NCBI GenBank assembly: GCA_963758295.1
Contig: CAVWUU010000004.1
Coordinates: 416,001 to 480,000 of the forward strand
Source of the DNA: Candidatus Eremiobacteria bacterium
GTDB lineage: Bacteria > Vulcanimicrobiota > Vulcanimicrobiia > Vulcanimicrobiales > Vulcanimicrobiaceae
DNA length: 64,000 bases
Direction of reading: 5' to 3'
This document shows positions 1-14,528 of this stretch, piece by piece. The position numbers were made by a program, and so were the translations under genes. The first letter of the stretch is position 1. Each line of letters begins with the position of its first letter. The notes under the pieces were generated by a model. That model worked only from the letters and a program-made list of their open reading frames with translations, did no database searches and had not been told where the DNA came from.

Positions 1-34
1 TGCATGCAGGCACGGTGTGCGGAGGTGAAAAAGA

Positions 35-1645
35 TTGTTACTTTCTCGGCGCCACTTATCTACGAGGGATCAGACCATTCTTACCGTTCCTGAGAAAATC
101 AAAGCCGCGAATCTTTGGGAGAACCTGACGGCTCCCGAATTGATCGAACATGCGCTTCGGCGCGGCGAAGGCGTGCTAGGACAAGATGGGCAGTTCATCG
201 TCGATACGCGCCCACACACGGGGCGTTCGCCTAAGGACAAGGCCTTCGTAAAAGAGCCTTCGAGCGAGAACCACATCGACTGGGGCGATACGAATCGCCC
301 GGTAGACGAAGCCGTTTTCGACGCGCTGTGGGACAAAGTCCAAGCGTATCTTTCCGAACGCGACGTCTATTCGCTTGATTGTTACGTCGGCGCCGACGAA
401 AAATTCCGCGTTCCGATTCGCGTCTACAGCGAGTTTGCGTGGCACAATCTTTTTGCGCATCACTTGTTCATTACGCCGGAAACGCCGGAAGCGAACTTCA
501 CTCCCGAGTTTACCGTCGTTGACGCCGCGCTCTTTGAAGCCGACCCCGAGCGCGATGGAACGCGAAGCTCGACGTTCATTCTAGTGAATTTCGCGCGCCG
601 AATGATTCTTATCGGCGGCACGCGTTATGCGGGGGAAATCAAGAAGTCCGTGTTCACGGTGATGAACTACCTCTTGCCGCTGCGCGACACGCTTTCGATG
701 CACTGCTCGGCGAACGTCGGCAATAAGGATCAAGACGTCGCCATCTTCTTCGGCCTCTCGGGAACCGGAAAGACGACGCTCTCATCGGATCCCCACCGCC
801 CGCTCATCGGCGACGACGAACATGGCTGGTCTTCCGACGGCGTGTTCAACATCGAAGGCGGCTGCTACGCGAAGGTGATTCACCTCTCCCCGAAAGCAGA
901 GCCGGAAATTTGGGCGGCCACGAACTGCTTCTCGACCGTCCTCGAAAACGTCGTCTACGACGATCATACGCGCGCGCTCGACGTCGATTCCGACGCGAAG
1001 ACCGAAAATACGCGCTCGGCGTACCCGCTGGAATTCATCCCGAACATCGTTCCGGGCTCCAAGGGCGGACATCCCAAGACGATCATCATGCTCACCGCCG
1101 ATGCTTTCGGCGTGCTTCCGCCGATTTCGAAACTGACGCGGGAACAGGCGATGTACCACTTCCTCTCCGGCTACACCGCAAAGATCGCGGGAACCGAACG
1201 CGGCGTCACGGAACCGCAGGCCACGTTCTCCACGTGCTTCGGCGCGCCGTTCATGGTGCACCATCCAACCGTGTATTCGAGACTGCTCGGCAAGAAGATC
1301 GACGAACACGACGTGGAGTGTTGGCTTGTGAACACCGGCTGGTCCGGCGGTCCCTACGGCGTCGGCAAACGCATGTCGATCGCGCACACGCGCGCCATGG
1401 TCAACGCCGCAATCGAAGGCCGTATTGCCTACGACTTCGTGGAAGAGCCGTTCTTCGGTCTCAAGGTTCCAAAAAGCGTGCCCGACGTGCCCACCGAGAT
1501 ACTGAATCCGCGCCAAGTGTGGGCCGACAAAGCGGCGTACGACGAGCAAGCTCGTAAAGTTGCGGAATTGTTCTTCGAAAACTTCAAGCGCTTCGAATCG
1601 CAAGCTTCCGAAGCCGTGAAGGCCGTGGCGATCAAGCCGCAATAG
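35..1645 (+). CDS. pckA: Phosphoenolpyruvate carboxykinase (ATP)
   Basis: Motifs TGRSPKDK, GLSGTGKTTLS (P-loop), IGDDEHGW, NIEGGCYAK; TTG start with GGAGG at 21-25. Confidence 0.97.
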   Translation: MLLSRRHLSTRDQTILTVPEKIKAANLWENLTAPELIEHALRRGEGVLGQDGQFIVDTRPHTGRSPKDKAFVKEPSSENHIDWGDTNRPVDEAVFDALWDKVQAYLSERDVYSLDCYVGADEKFRVPIRVYSEFAWHNLFAHHLFITPETPEANFTPEFTVVDAALFEADPERDGTRSSTFILVNFARRMILIGGTRYAGEIKKSVFTVMNYLLPLRDTLSMHCSANVGNKDQDVAIFFGLSGTGKTTLSSDPHRPLIGDDEHGWSSDGVFNIEGGCYAKVIHLSPKAEPEIWAATNCFSTVLENVVYDDHTRALDVDSDAKTENTRSAYPLEFIPNIVPGSKGGHPKTIIMLTADAFGVLPPISKLTREQAMYHFLSGYTAKIAGTERGVTEPQATFSTCFGAPFMVHHPTVYSRLLGKKIDEHDVECWLVNTGWSGGPYGVGKRMSIAHTRAMVNAAIEGRIAYDFVEEPFFGLKVPKSVPDVPTEILNPRQVWADKAAYDEQARKVAELFFENFKRFESQASEAVKAVAIKPQ

Positions 1646-1672
1646 GCCCTTGTTTTCCAAACTGAAGACCGC

Positions 1673-1712
1673 ATCGACCGTCGCGCATAGCTCGCGGCGG
1701 TCGATTGTTTTT
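1673..1712 (+). terminator. Intrinsic terminator after pckA
   Basis: 13-bp stem ATCGACCGTCGCG/CGCGGCGGTCGAT followed by TGTTTTT. Confidence 0.65.
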
Positions 1713-1805
1713 CCCGGCTTTTCGGTAGCGTTTCTTCTTTTGTGCATATGGTCGCGCCGCCATCGCGGCATCACTACGGTACCGTCGTGCTACGCCTCCG
1801 TTCCA

Positions 1806-2240
1806 CTACTCGCTTTTCGAAAAGCCGAGTGCCTTGAGCAAGACGCGCTTTTGCCGTTGACCGTCGAATTCGCCGTAGTGTACGCGTTCCCAAGTGCCGA
1901 AGTCGAGACGGCCGTTCGTTACGGGGACTAGGACCTGGTGGCCCAACAACATTCGTTTCAAATGCGCGTCGGCGTTATCTTCGCCGGTTTCGTGATGCTT
2001 GTACTCAGGTTTTGCGGGCGCTAGTTCTTCGAGCCACTGCAAAATATCCTGATAAAGTCCTGATTCCCGATCGTTAACGAAGATGCTCGAGGTGATGTGC
2101 ATCGTGCTTACGAGAATGTAGCCCTCCCAAAGTCTGGAGACTTTCAAGACATTCTCAACTGCATCGGTGATATCGAGTATTTCGTACCGCCGTTTCGTCG
2201 TGATAGATAAATACTCGGTATACGTTACCGGCTCTCTCAT
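1806..2240 (-). CDS. yjbQ: YjbQ/UPF0047 family protein (secondary thiamine-phosphate synthase)
   Basis: MHITSSIFVND, HHETGEDNADAHLK, LDFGTWE..EFDG motifs; ATG at 2240 chosen. Confidence 0.9.
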   Translation of the reverse strand: MREPVTYTEYLSITTKRRYEILDITDAVENVLKVSRLWEGYILVSTMHITSSIFVNDRESGLYQDILQWLEELAPAKPEYKHHETGEDNADAHLKRMLLGHQVLVPVTNGRLDFGTWERVHYGEFDGQRQKRVLLKALGFSKSE

Positions 2241-2306
2241 GAAATTTTTCACCGCCCTTAATCGACGATTCACACCTTTGCATTTACGGAAGCATACGAT
2301 CTAGTC

Positions 2307-2687
2307 ATGAAACTCTCTCCCATACTCCTATCGGGGGCCTTCGCTTTGGTGATGGCTCTCCCGGTCGCCGGCTGCGCGCAACAAACGCCCACGCAAGCAC
2401 CGCCGGCGTCTTCTACCGACACGGGACGTCATCATCACGGCGGAATGATGCGCATGTTCAAAGGCATCAATCTGACCGATCAACAGCGCACGCAAGTGAC
2501 GCAGCTCATGCAGCAATACCGCGATAAGCATCCGAAAGGGAGCACGCCCGATCCGGCGGGTCGCAAAGCGCTGCGCCAGCAAATGATGAACGTGCTCACG
2601 CCCGACCAACAAGCCCAAGTGAAGCAGAATATGAGCCAGATGCGCGAGCGTCGCGCCGAACCGGCCCCAACGGCTTCTCCGGCTTAA
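2307..2687 (+). CDS. Spy/CpxP-like LTXXQ-motif secreted chaperone (probable lipoprotein)
   Basis: Signal peptide ending VAGC; two LTxxQ motifs (NLTDQQ, LTPDQQ). Confidence 0.8.
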   Translation: MKLSPILLSGAFALVMALPVAGCAQQTPTQAPPASSTDTGRHHHGGMMRMFKGINLTDQQRTQVTQLMQQYRDKHPKGSTPDPAGRKALRQQMMNVLTPDQQAQVKQNMSQMRERRAEPAPTASPA

Positions 2688-3151
2688 AACCGCACGACGA
2701 TAGTTCCCGCATCCGTGCGGGTCCAGCTTATGTCCGCGAGGCGCTCTACGGTGTAGAGCGCCTCCTGCGCGTAGGAAGGCGGCCGTCCGGCGAGCACGCC
2801 GATGACATCTAAACCCGCGGCGCGCGCGGCGCTCATTCCGTGGCGGCTGTCCTCGAGCGCGAGAACCGTTCCGGGATCCTCGACACCGAGCCGCTCGACG
2901 GCCAACGCATAGGAATCGGGCGCCGGCTTTCCACGCTCGACGTGTTCCGAAGCGATCACGACCGGCGGCTCCGGCAGCTGCGCGGTACGCAAAAGAATTC
3001 TAGCGAACTGCAACCCGCAGGAAGTGACGATGGCGCATCGGTCGCGCGGTACCGCGAGCAGCGCGTCGCGCGCTCCGGCGATCGGATGCCCGTCTTCCTC
3101 GACCAGCGTGCCAAAAAGATCGAAGCAGACGGCGGCGTAGGAAAGCTCCAT
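2684..3151 (-). CDS. HAD-family phosphatase/hydrolase
   Basis: FDLFGTL motif I, GKPAPD, EDS..G motifs. Confidence 0.85.
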   Translation of the reverse strand: MELSYAAVCFDLFGTLVEEDGHPIAGARDALLAVPRDRCAIVTSCGLQFARILLRTAQLPEPPVVIASEHVERGKPAPDSYALAVERLGVEDPGTVLALEDSRHGMSAARAAGLDVIGVLAGRPPSYAQEALYTVERLADISWTRTDAGTIVVRF

Positions 3152-3173
3152 AGACCCGTGGATTCTTCCCGTT

Positions 3174-4433
3174 ATGAGCGATACTCTCGCAGTACTAGTC
3201 GGGGGAGGCCCGGCTCCCGGAATCAACGGCGTCATCGCGTCGGCCACGATCGAAGCTATTAACCGCGGGCTAAACGTGCTCGGCATCTATGACGGCTATC
3301 GCGATCTGGCGGCCGGCACGCCGCCAAAGACGACGCCGCTTACGATCGACGACGTCTCGCGGATCCATACGAGCGGCGGTTCGATCCTCCGGACATCGCG
3401 AACGAATCCCGCAAAAAGCGAGGAGACGCTCGGAAATTGCGTTCGCGCGCTCGAAGCGCTGAACGTTCGCTATCTCGTCTGTATCGGCGGCGACGACACG
3501 ACGTTCGGCGCAACGCGCATCGCTGAACGAACCAAAGGACGCATCGGCATCGCTACCGTTCCGAAGACAATTGATAACGATCTTCCGCTCCCGGATAATG
3601 CACCCACGTTCGGGTTTGAAACCGCGCGATCGGTAGGCGCGCAAATCATCGAAAGCCTCCTCGAAGACGCACGCACGACCACCCGCTGGTACATCGTCGT
3701 TTCGATGGGGCGCAAAGCAGGGTCACTCGCGCTGGGCATGTGTAAAGCTGCGGGCGCAACGATCGCGGTCATTCCCGAGGAGTTCCCTAATGGGCAACTC
3801 GACTTGAACCTCGTTGTGGACACGCTCGTCGGCTCGATCGTGAAGCGTCGCGCCCAAGGCCGCGATCACGGCGTTGCGGTCGTTGCCGAAGGCATCATCG
3901 AAAGAGTTTCCGCTGACGCGCTTGCATCACTCGAAAACGTCGCTCGAGATGCCTATGGCCACGTTCGTTTGGCCGATGTTCCCATCGGGACGCTAGTACG
4001 CGACGGCGTACGGCACCGTCTCACGGAACTGGGCATCGATGCGACGGTTTTGACTAAAGACATCGGCTACGAATTGCGTTGCGCAAAACCGGTGGCATTC
4101 GACGTTGACTACACGCGTACGCTTGGGTACGGCGCCGTTCGGTATTTACTTGACGGCGGCAGCGGGTCGTTGATTGCGCTCTCCGGCGGCCGCGTGCATC
4201 CGATGCAGCTCGAAGAGTTGCTCGATCCGCAGACCGGCCGTATTCGAACGCGTAACGTCGACGTGCACGCGGAAGCGTTCACGGTCGCGCGCGACTATAT
4301 GGTTCGTCTGGAGCCGCACGACTTGCGTGAACCGCAACTCTCTAGCATAGCAGCGCAAACAACACTCTCCGCCGAAGCTTTTGCTCGTCAATTTGAACGC
4401 GTCGTGCAAAACTCGCCGATGGTCGCGTCATGA
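3174..4433 (+). CDS. pfp: Pyrophosphate-dependent phosphofructokinase
   Basis: GGGPAPGING, GGDD and PKTIDND (PPi-type residues), MGR, GYELRC. Confidence 0.9.
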   Translation: MSDTLAVLVGGGPAPGINGVIASATIEAINRGLNVLGIYDGYRDLAAGTPPKTTPLTIDDVSRIHTSGGSILRTSRTNPAKSEETLGNCVRALEALNVRYLVCIGGDDTTFGATRIAERTKGRIGIATVPKTIDNDLPLPDNAPTFGFETARSVGAQIIESLLEDARTTTRWYIVVSMGRKAGSLALGMCKAAGATIAVIPEEFPNGQLDLNLVVDTLVGSIVKRRAQGRDHGVAVVAEGIIERVSADALASLENVARDAYGHVRLADVPIGTLVRDGVRHRLTELGIDATVLTKDIGYELRCAKPVAFDVDYTRTLGYGAVRYLLDGGSGSLIALSGGRVHPMQLEELLDPQTGRIRTRNVDVHAEAFTVARDYMVRLEPHDLREPQLSSIAAQTTLSAEAFARQFERVVQNSPMVAS

Positions 4434-5734
4434 TGTTGCTCCGCTCTTTCACGATCGCTTGCATTGCCGCCGCAGCAATCGCCGGCTGCGGCGGCGGAGC
4501 GGGAGGCGGCGGTACGGCGGCTTCTAACCCCGGCACGACGTCCACGCCGGGAGCGCCCGCGGCACAAACCCACTGCACCGGAGCGACGGCGTCGTCGTCT
4601 AACGCGGGGATTACGCCTTCCACACCGCCGGTAACGGTGCCGCCGGGTTTGGTTATCGAGACGATAGCGAATGTTCGCGCAGCGCGCGAACTTGCAGCCC
4701 TTCCGAACGGTGATTTGATCGCCGGCACCGCGAGCAATGCCGTTTACATCGTTCCAAATGCCGAGGCAACAGGTAATTCGGGAAGGCCGGCTGTTTTTGC
4801 AACGATTAACGATACCAATGCGGACGGCGTTGCATTCGATCGGGCATCATGCACGATTTTCGTTGGAAGCGAACATCACGTGTGGGCAATTCCATACAGC
4901 GATGGGGATCTAACGGCGCGATCCGTCAATCAAATTGCGTCGGTACGAACCGGGGCTCTTGCCAATCCTGCCGACGACGTTCATACAACGACATCCGTCG
5001 CCGTCCAAGGATCTAGCGTCTACGCCGCCATGGGCTCTTCGTGCAACGGATGTACTGGGGAAACCGACCCAACGCGCGCGTCGATTTGGAAGATGAATCG
5101 TGACGGCTCCGGCATGACGCTCGTTGCAAAGCGAGTCCGAAACGCGATTGCCCTTGCGGTGAATCCCGCGACGGGTCATCTGTGGGCCGGTGGAGCCGGA
5201 CAAGACTCTTTGGCGGCAGGCCATCCGTACGAGTTCGTGGACGATGTTACGGCGCACGCCGGAAGCGGAGTTGCCGACTACGGTTGGCCTTACTGTGAAG
5301 AGAACCACCACTTGTACAACAGTGGAACGGGCGCCCCGCCAAATTGCAACGCTACGGTTGAGCCGCTCGTGGAATTTCCGGCATACGTCACGCACATCGG
5401 CGCGGTATTCTACCCGCAAACTCCGACGGGGACGTACGCCTTTGCGCAACAATATCGCGGTGCGCTTCTCATTACGAATCACGGCTCTTGGCATACCGAT
5501 GGAAGCGGTTGTACTTATGCGCCCGCCGTGGAAGCGGTTGCGATGAACGGCGATTCACCTCGCACCGCGGTAAACTGGAGCGATCCGGCGGCTCAATCAA
5601 CCGTCCTGGTTGAAGGCTTTCAAACCGGCTGCACCGGCCGCGTGGGGCGTCCGACGGGCATAGCCGTTGGCGCTAAAGGCAGCGTTTTCGTCGCAGATGA
5701 CCTAGCAAATGTGATTTACCGCATCCGGCCATAA
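4430..5734 (+). CDS. PQQ-dependent sugar/sorbosone dehydrogenase-like beta-propeller lipoprotein
   Basis: Lipobox IAGC; GSSCN, RNAIALA, YGWPYC, HGSW, GRPTGIAVG..GSVFVADD, IYRI. Confidence 0.8.
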   Translation: MMLLRSFTIACIAAAAIAGCGGGAGGGGTAASNPGTTSTPGAPAAQTHCTGATASSSNAGITPSTPPVTVPPGLVIETIANVRAARELAALPNGDLIAGTASNAVYIVPNAEATGNSGRPAVFATINDTNADGVAFDRASCTIFVGSEHHVWAIPYSDGDLTARSVNQIASVRTGALANPADDVHTTTSVAVQGSSVYAAMGSSCNGCTGETDPTRASIWKMNRDGSGMTLVAKRVRNAIALAVNPATGHLWAGGAGQDSLAAGHPYEFVDDVTAHAGSGVADYGWPYCEENHHLYNSGTGAPPNCNATVEPLVEFPAYVTHIGAVFYPQTPTGTYAFAQQYRGALLITNHGSWHTDGSGCTYAPAVEAVAMNGDSPRTAVNWSDPAAQSTVLVEGFQTGCTGRVGRPTGIAVGAKGSVFVADDLANVIYRIRP

Positions 5735-5761
5735 ACGCCGTAAGGCGGGTACATAAAACGC

Positions 5762-6007
5762 ATGAGTCCCCGCCAATTACTCCCGGTGTTGCTCATCGCG
5801 TCGATCGCAGCGTGCACTAACGGGAAGAGCAGCAATCAAGCGTCTTTTGTCCCCGTGACTAATCCGAACAATCCGAATACGGGCGGCCAATCGCCGCCTC
5901 CGCCTTTTACCACATCACCACCCGCGCCACCATCGCCCACCTCTTCCCCCGTGTCCGGCCCCTCGGGCGGCGGCGGCATTCCGACAGCGAATCCGACCCC
6001 GACGTAA
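5762..6007 (+). CDS. Small Pro/Ser/Thr-rich lipoprotein
   Basis: Lipobox IAAC; low-complexity body; TAATG overlap with next gene. Confidence 0.6.
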   Translation: MSPRQLLPVLLIASIAACTNGKSSNQASFVPVTNPNNPNTGGQSPPPPFTTSPPAPPSPTSSPVSGPSGGGGIPTANPTPT

Positions 6008-7167
6008 TGCGCACAACGGTATTGTCCTTCTGTTGTGTGCTCGCGACGGCGTGCACGGCTCCGCGCAGCGCTTCTGCAGCGCCGCACGTTCCATCCGGAT
6101 TTACGATCGAACAAATTGCGACGGTCGACGAGGCACGCGAACTCGCAGCCGCGCCGAACGGCGACCTCATTGTCGGCACGTACGGCTCGGACGTATACAT
6201 AATTCCGAGCGCTGAAGGCACCGCCGGAACACCAACGGTCTTTGCGCATTTCGATAACGCCCCGGCAGCCGGAGTCGCGCTCGGCGACAACGCGCTCTTT
6301 GTCGGGACGCAGTTCAGCGTTTACGAGATTCCTTACACCGCCGGCGATCGGCATGCGCGCGGTGCACCACAAAAACTTGCTGCGGTCCGTCCCTCGGGTG
6401 TTGCGCGCGATCACCAAACAACGAGCATCGCGTACCGGGATGGCACCGTCTTCGCGAGTGTCGGCTCGTCTTGCAACGCGTGCGATCCCGACCTGGACCC
6501 TACGCGCGCAACGATCCAGCGCATCGACGTGCACAGCAAAACCATGACGCCGTACGCGGTCCACATCCGCAATGCCATTGCGCTTGCAATTAATCCGGCG
6601 ACGCAGTCGCTTTGGGCCGGTGTCGCGGGCGTCGACGATCTTCCGGCCTATCATCCGTACGAGATCTTCGATGACGTGACGTCGCATGCCGCGCCGGTGA
6701 ATTACGGTTGGCCCGTTTGTTATGAGAACCAGCGCGTCACGCCGCAACGTCCGGGCTCCTGCAGCAATACGGCGGTGCCGCGCGTCGTCGTGCCGGCTTA
6801 CGAAACACCGATCGGCGCGGCGTTCTATCCGCAAGCCGCGCACGGAAAATACGCGTTCCCCGCAAGCTATCGCGGCGGAGCTTTTCTAACGCTTCACGGT
6901 TCGTGGCACGGCCCGTCGAACGGTCTGACCGGTTACGTGCCGCCCCGCGTAGTCTTCATCCCCATGCACGGTGACACGCCGGCACGTGCGGTGAACTGGA
7001 ACGACCCGGCTACGCAATGGACGGAATTCGCCGGCGGCTACCAGCAAGGCGGCACGGACGATCGTACCGGCCGGCCGACCGGAGTCGCCATCGGATCCGA
7101 AGGCTCTCTCTTTGTTGCCGACGACCAAACCGGCGCGATCTACCGAATCCGCCCGGTACACCGGTGA
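6007..7167 (+). CDS. PQQ-dependent sugar/sorbosone dehydrogenase-like protein (paralog of 4430-5734)
   Basis: Same motif set: GSSCNAC, RNAIALA, YGWPVC, HGSW, GRPTGVAIG, IYRIRP. Confidence 0.8.
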   Translation: MRTTVLSFCCVLATACTAPRSASAAPHVPSGFTIEQIATVDEARELAAAPNGDLIVGTYGSDVYIIPSAEGTAGTPTVFAHFDNAPAAGVALGDNALFVGTQFSVYEIPYTAGDRHARGAPQKLAAVRPSGVARDHQTTSIAYRDGTVFASVGSSCNACDPDLDPTRATIQRIDVHSKTMTPYAVHIRNAIALAINPATQSLWAGVAGVDDLPAYHPYEIFDDVTSHAAPVNYGWPVCYENQRVTPQRPGSCSNTAVPRVVVPAYETPIGAAFYPQAAHGKYAFPASYRGGAFLTLHGSWHGPSNGLTGYVPPRVVFIPMHGDTPARAVNWNDPATQWTEFAGGYQQGGTDDRTGRPTGVAIGSEGSLFVADDQTGAIYRIRPVHR

Positions 7168-7217
7168 CTCAGGCCGCTTTGATATCGCCGGCGGGTCGCC
7201 CATGGCAGCCTTGCCGG

Positions 7218-7260
7218 AAAAAGCAAAAAGCCCGCGGCATTTCTGCTCGCGGGCTTTGCT
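7218..7260 (-). terminator. rRNA operon terminator
   Basis: AAAGCCCGCG/CGCGGGCTTT stem with T-rich tail on the minus strand, directly after 5S. Confidence 0.8.
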
Positions 7261-7267
7261 CGTTAAA

Positions 7268-7383
7268 TCTGGCGCCGACCTACTTTCGAGGGACCCTGCG
7301 GTCCGACTATCATTGGCGCAGGCGGGCTTAACTGCCGTGTTCGGGATGGGAACGGGTGGGACCCCGCCGCTATGGACGCCAGA
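7268..7383 (-). rRNA. rrf: 5S rRNA
   Basis: Conserved CCCGTTCCCATCCCGAACACGG and AGTAGGTCGGCGCCAG; terminal stem TCTGGCG/CGCCAGA. Confidence 0.97.
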
Positions 7384-7484
7384 AACTTGATCCTCGAGCC
7401 GCAATGACGAGCCTAGACTCTAGTCGATCGCGGTCGAGAAAGCTGTATAGAGAAGAACTTCCAGTGCCAAAAGAGCGATGGCGT

Positions 7485-10604
<3,120 letters not shown>

Positions 10605-10650
10605 TACGCAAAATTGCACCATCCTTCGCGGACCGGCACACGACGACTAA

Positions 10651-10675
10651 CGTCATCCTGAGCCTGCCGAAGGAC
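10651..10675 (+). repeat. REP-like palindromic repeat copy in 16S-23S spacer
   Basis: CGTCATCCTGAGCCTGCCGAAGGAC matches the family consensus. Confidence 0.8.
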
Positions 10676-11086
10676 GGCCGCTCTCATATGTTTTGACACA
10701 TGAAAGTTCTTCTCTATACAGTTTTCAAAGATCGAGAGGCTCGAACGAGCTCCGGTCTTGAGTCGCGCACTTTCGCGATAAACGCGAAAGGGGCGAACTC
10801 TACCGAGAGTTCATTCCCTCAAAGCTGAACAGTGCAGTACCTTAAATCGGGCTTACCCGATCCGTTGGCGGTAGACCCCCATTGCGGGAGCCGCAAAATA
10901 TGAACGAGTCGAAACCGTTCATTGCTACGACCTCTGACCATACGAACCGTAGTCCGATAGATCCCTTGGCCATCGTTTCCCTTGCTTGCGCAAGTCACGA
11001 CGATGTTTTCAGTAGCTTCGTCTGTGGTCGACTTGAATGTACTACGCTATTGCGATCGCACAGAGTGAGATCCAATAACATGTACT

Positions 11087-12595
<1,509 letters not shown>

Positions 12596-12908
12596 AATTC
12601 TTATGGAGACATGATTAACATGGCTCTCAAATTTCGCTGTGCTTTTTCAGATTCGATTGCGGATCGAATCGCCATTATCTTGCGATAATGACAGCTAGAA
12701 TTGTACGTTCTCGCGATGCTCAAAAGACTTGACCAATCGAAATTGACCTTGTCTTAGAGGTCGGAGACCCACAGACTTATTTGCTGCTGCACTGTTCAGT
12801 TTTCAAGGAGCGAACTCGTTGCTTCTTCACTACTTTCGCGGATCGATTCGAACGTATTTCGTTCGTTTCGTTCGCGTTTTTCGCGTCGTCGCGTCGAGCA
12901 ACTCGGCT

Positions 12909-12937
12909 ATATTATCGCTGGGCGGTACCCATGTCAA
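12909..12937 (-). promoter_or_regulatory. sigma70-type rRNA promoter
   Basis: TTGACA-17 nt-TAATAT; boxA-like GCTCCTTGAAAAC downstream at ~12800-12812. Confidence 0.85.
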
Positions 12938-13044
12938 GCGCGTTTCAAAAGTTTTTTTGACGCGCCTACAAAGGTCGCCGGAAGCGATAGCCCGGACAAT
13001 TAGAGTACCACAATGGTCCTTCCGACTCAAGTCACAGCCCTAAA

Positions 13045-13590
13045 TCAGCCGGCTGCGCGCCGTCGCCGGCGCTGAGCCTTCGCTCGATTTCCGCATACGG
13101 CCATGCTGCACCAGGCACCCGATCCATTCTTCGAATGATCGTAAAAACCCCAAAGACACGTGTCTTTGCGGCAAGCTTTCAAGCGACGCCACGCCCCGGT
13201 GCGGATCGCGTCATAAATGATCCCAACCAGCTCTGCCTTCACGATAGCAGCGGCGTTACTTGTCTGCGGCGCGACCAATCGGGCTTCTCCCTCGGTCTCG
13301 AGTTCGAGGCGCAAGATCGTCCCGCCGGCAGTCTGTTTGAACTGCTGCCATGCTTCTTGCGGGTCCCCTTCGCCGTTATTGGCAAGGAGCACGAGGCGAA
13401 GGGCTTCGCGGAACCGGCGCAGCTCGTCAAGTCCAGTCGCATCCGGCAACGCCGCAAACCCTTGTTCGGCAAGGCACGATCCGGCCGTCTCCACCTCGAG
13501 CAGCCGATCGTTTCCGTTTTCGAAGTCGATCGTGTTTACAAATAACCTAACGCGATCGAGGCGCCCTGGGGCGCTTTGGTCCTTAGTCAT
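13045..13590 (-). CDS. CGNR zinc-finger/ABATE domain regulator
   Basis: N-terminal FVNT; C-terminal CxxxxC..FYDHSKN...WCSMAVCGNRAK. Confidence 0.92.
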   Translation of the reverse strand: MTKDQSAPGRLDRVRLFVNTIDFENGNDRLLEVETAGSCLAEQGFAALPDATGLDELRRFREALRLVLLANNGEGDPQEAWQQFKQTAGGTILRLELETEGEARLVAPQTSNAAAIVKAELVGIIYDAIRTGAWRRLKACRKDTCLWGFYDHSKNGSGAWCSMAVCGNRAKAQRRRRRAAG

Positions 13591-13623
13591 CTAATGAGCC
13601 CATGATATCACCGCCAAAAACCG

Positions 13624-13652
13624 TTGACAAGTTACTATCACCGCTGTAAGCT
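13624..13652 (+). promoter_or_regulatory. sigma70-type promoter divergent from CGNR regulator
   Basis: TTGACA-17 nt-TAAGCT. Confidence 0.7.
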
Positions 13653-13686
13653 TTTCAGTAGTTACCACAAAAGCAGAGGTCAGTAA

Positions 13687-13821
13687 ATGTTAGTCAAATC
13701 CACCCTTCCCCTTATCCCGACGGTCTTCGACATTCGGCTGCGTCGCCCGGAAGGCGTTGCAAGCGAGTCGCTCTTCTCCGGCTGGGGCGTCTCGATCACC
13801 GGCAATCGCAGCATTCGCTAG
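13687..13821 (+). CDS. Putative 44-aa small ORF (not in ORF track)
   Basis: GAGG then ATG; MLVKSTLPLIPTVFDIRLRRPEGVASESLFSGWGVSITGNRSIR; TAG overlaps AGGAG RBS of next gene. Confidence 0.45.
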   Translation: MLVKSTLPLIPTVFDIRLRRPEGVASESLFSGWGVSITGNRSIR

Positions 13822-13833
13822 GAGCACAAAGTC

Positions 13834-14196
13834 ATGCATCATGTCGACGTTCACGTTTCGAACCTTCCCGCAACGCGGCGGCTGTTCGATGCCGTCGCTC
13901 CGGCAATCGGCTACGAAATTCGCTCGGCCGACGACGACTTCGTCAGTTACTGGCGCGGCCGCCGGCCTTCTATAGGATTTATCGCCGACGGCTTGGCCGG
14001 GAGCGCGGCGATGCAGCTCGCATTCGCGGTCTCTACGGCCGACGCGGTCGATGCGGCGGCCGACGCCGCGCGACGTAACGGCGCGCGGAATATCGACGGC
14101 CCGGCGATTCATCCCGAGTACGGAGACGATTACTACGCGGTATTCTTCGAAGATGCGAGCGGCAACAAGTTCGAAGTGTTGAGGGATGCGGAATGA
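13834..14196 (+). CDS. VOC/glyoxalase family protein
   Basis: HHVDVHV..., YYAVFFEDASGNKFE. Confidence 0.88.
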   Translation: MHHVDVHVSNLPATRRLFDAVAPAIGYEIRSADDDFVSYWRGRRPSIGFIADGLAGSAAMQLAFAVSTADAVDAAADAARRNGARNIDGPAIHPEYGDDYYAVFFEDASGNKFEVLRDAE

Positions 14197-14528
14197 TCGC
14201 TCGGATTTGGCGCGGACGAGTTCGCTCCGGGCTTCTGGAGGAGTATCGCGACTACATCGCGCGCACTGGTCTTCGCGAGTATGCCGAGACGGAGGGCAAT
14301 CGCGGCGCGTATATGCTCACGCAAGAACACGAGACGCACGGTGAAGTCGTGACCGTTTCGTTTTGGGATTCGTATGCCGCAATCGCACGCTTCGCCGGCG
14401 AACCGTACGATCGCGCCCGCTACTATCCCGATGACCGGCGTTTCTTACTCGAGTTCCCGGAATTGGTCGAGCATTACGACGTTACGCTCGCAGATACAGC
14501 GCCTTCAGGTACTGCGTCTCCGGCATAG
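14193..14528 (+). CDS. Antibiotic biosynthesis monooxygenase-like dimeric barrel protein
   Basis: MIARIWRG...SFWDS..AI..FAG...A.YYP.D pattern; ATGA overlap. Confidence 0.8.
   Translation: MIARIWRGRVRSGLLEEYRDYIARTGLREYAETEGNRGAYMLTQEHETHGEVVTVSFWDSYAAIARFAGEPYDRARYYPDDRRFLLEFPELVEHYDVTLADTAPSGTASPA

Noticed and set aside
77..79. Non-canonical ATT start for pckA
   Set aside because: The upstream TTG at 35 has a strong GGAGG SD, so no unusual start is needed.
12835..12900. TTCG/TCGCG-rich low-complexity stretch in the rRNA leader
   Set aside because: Short imperfect hairpin-forming sequence consistent with an ordinary rRNA leader; no regular periodicity.
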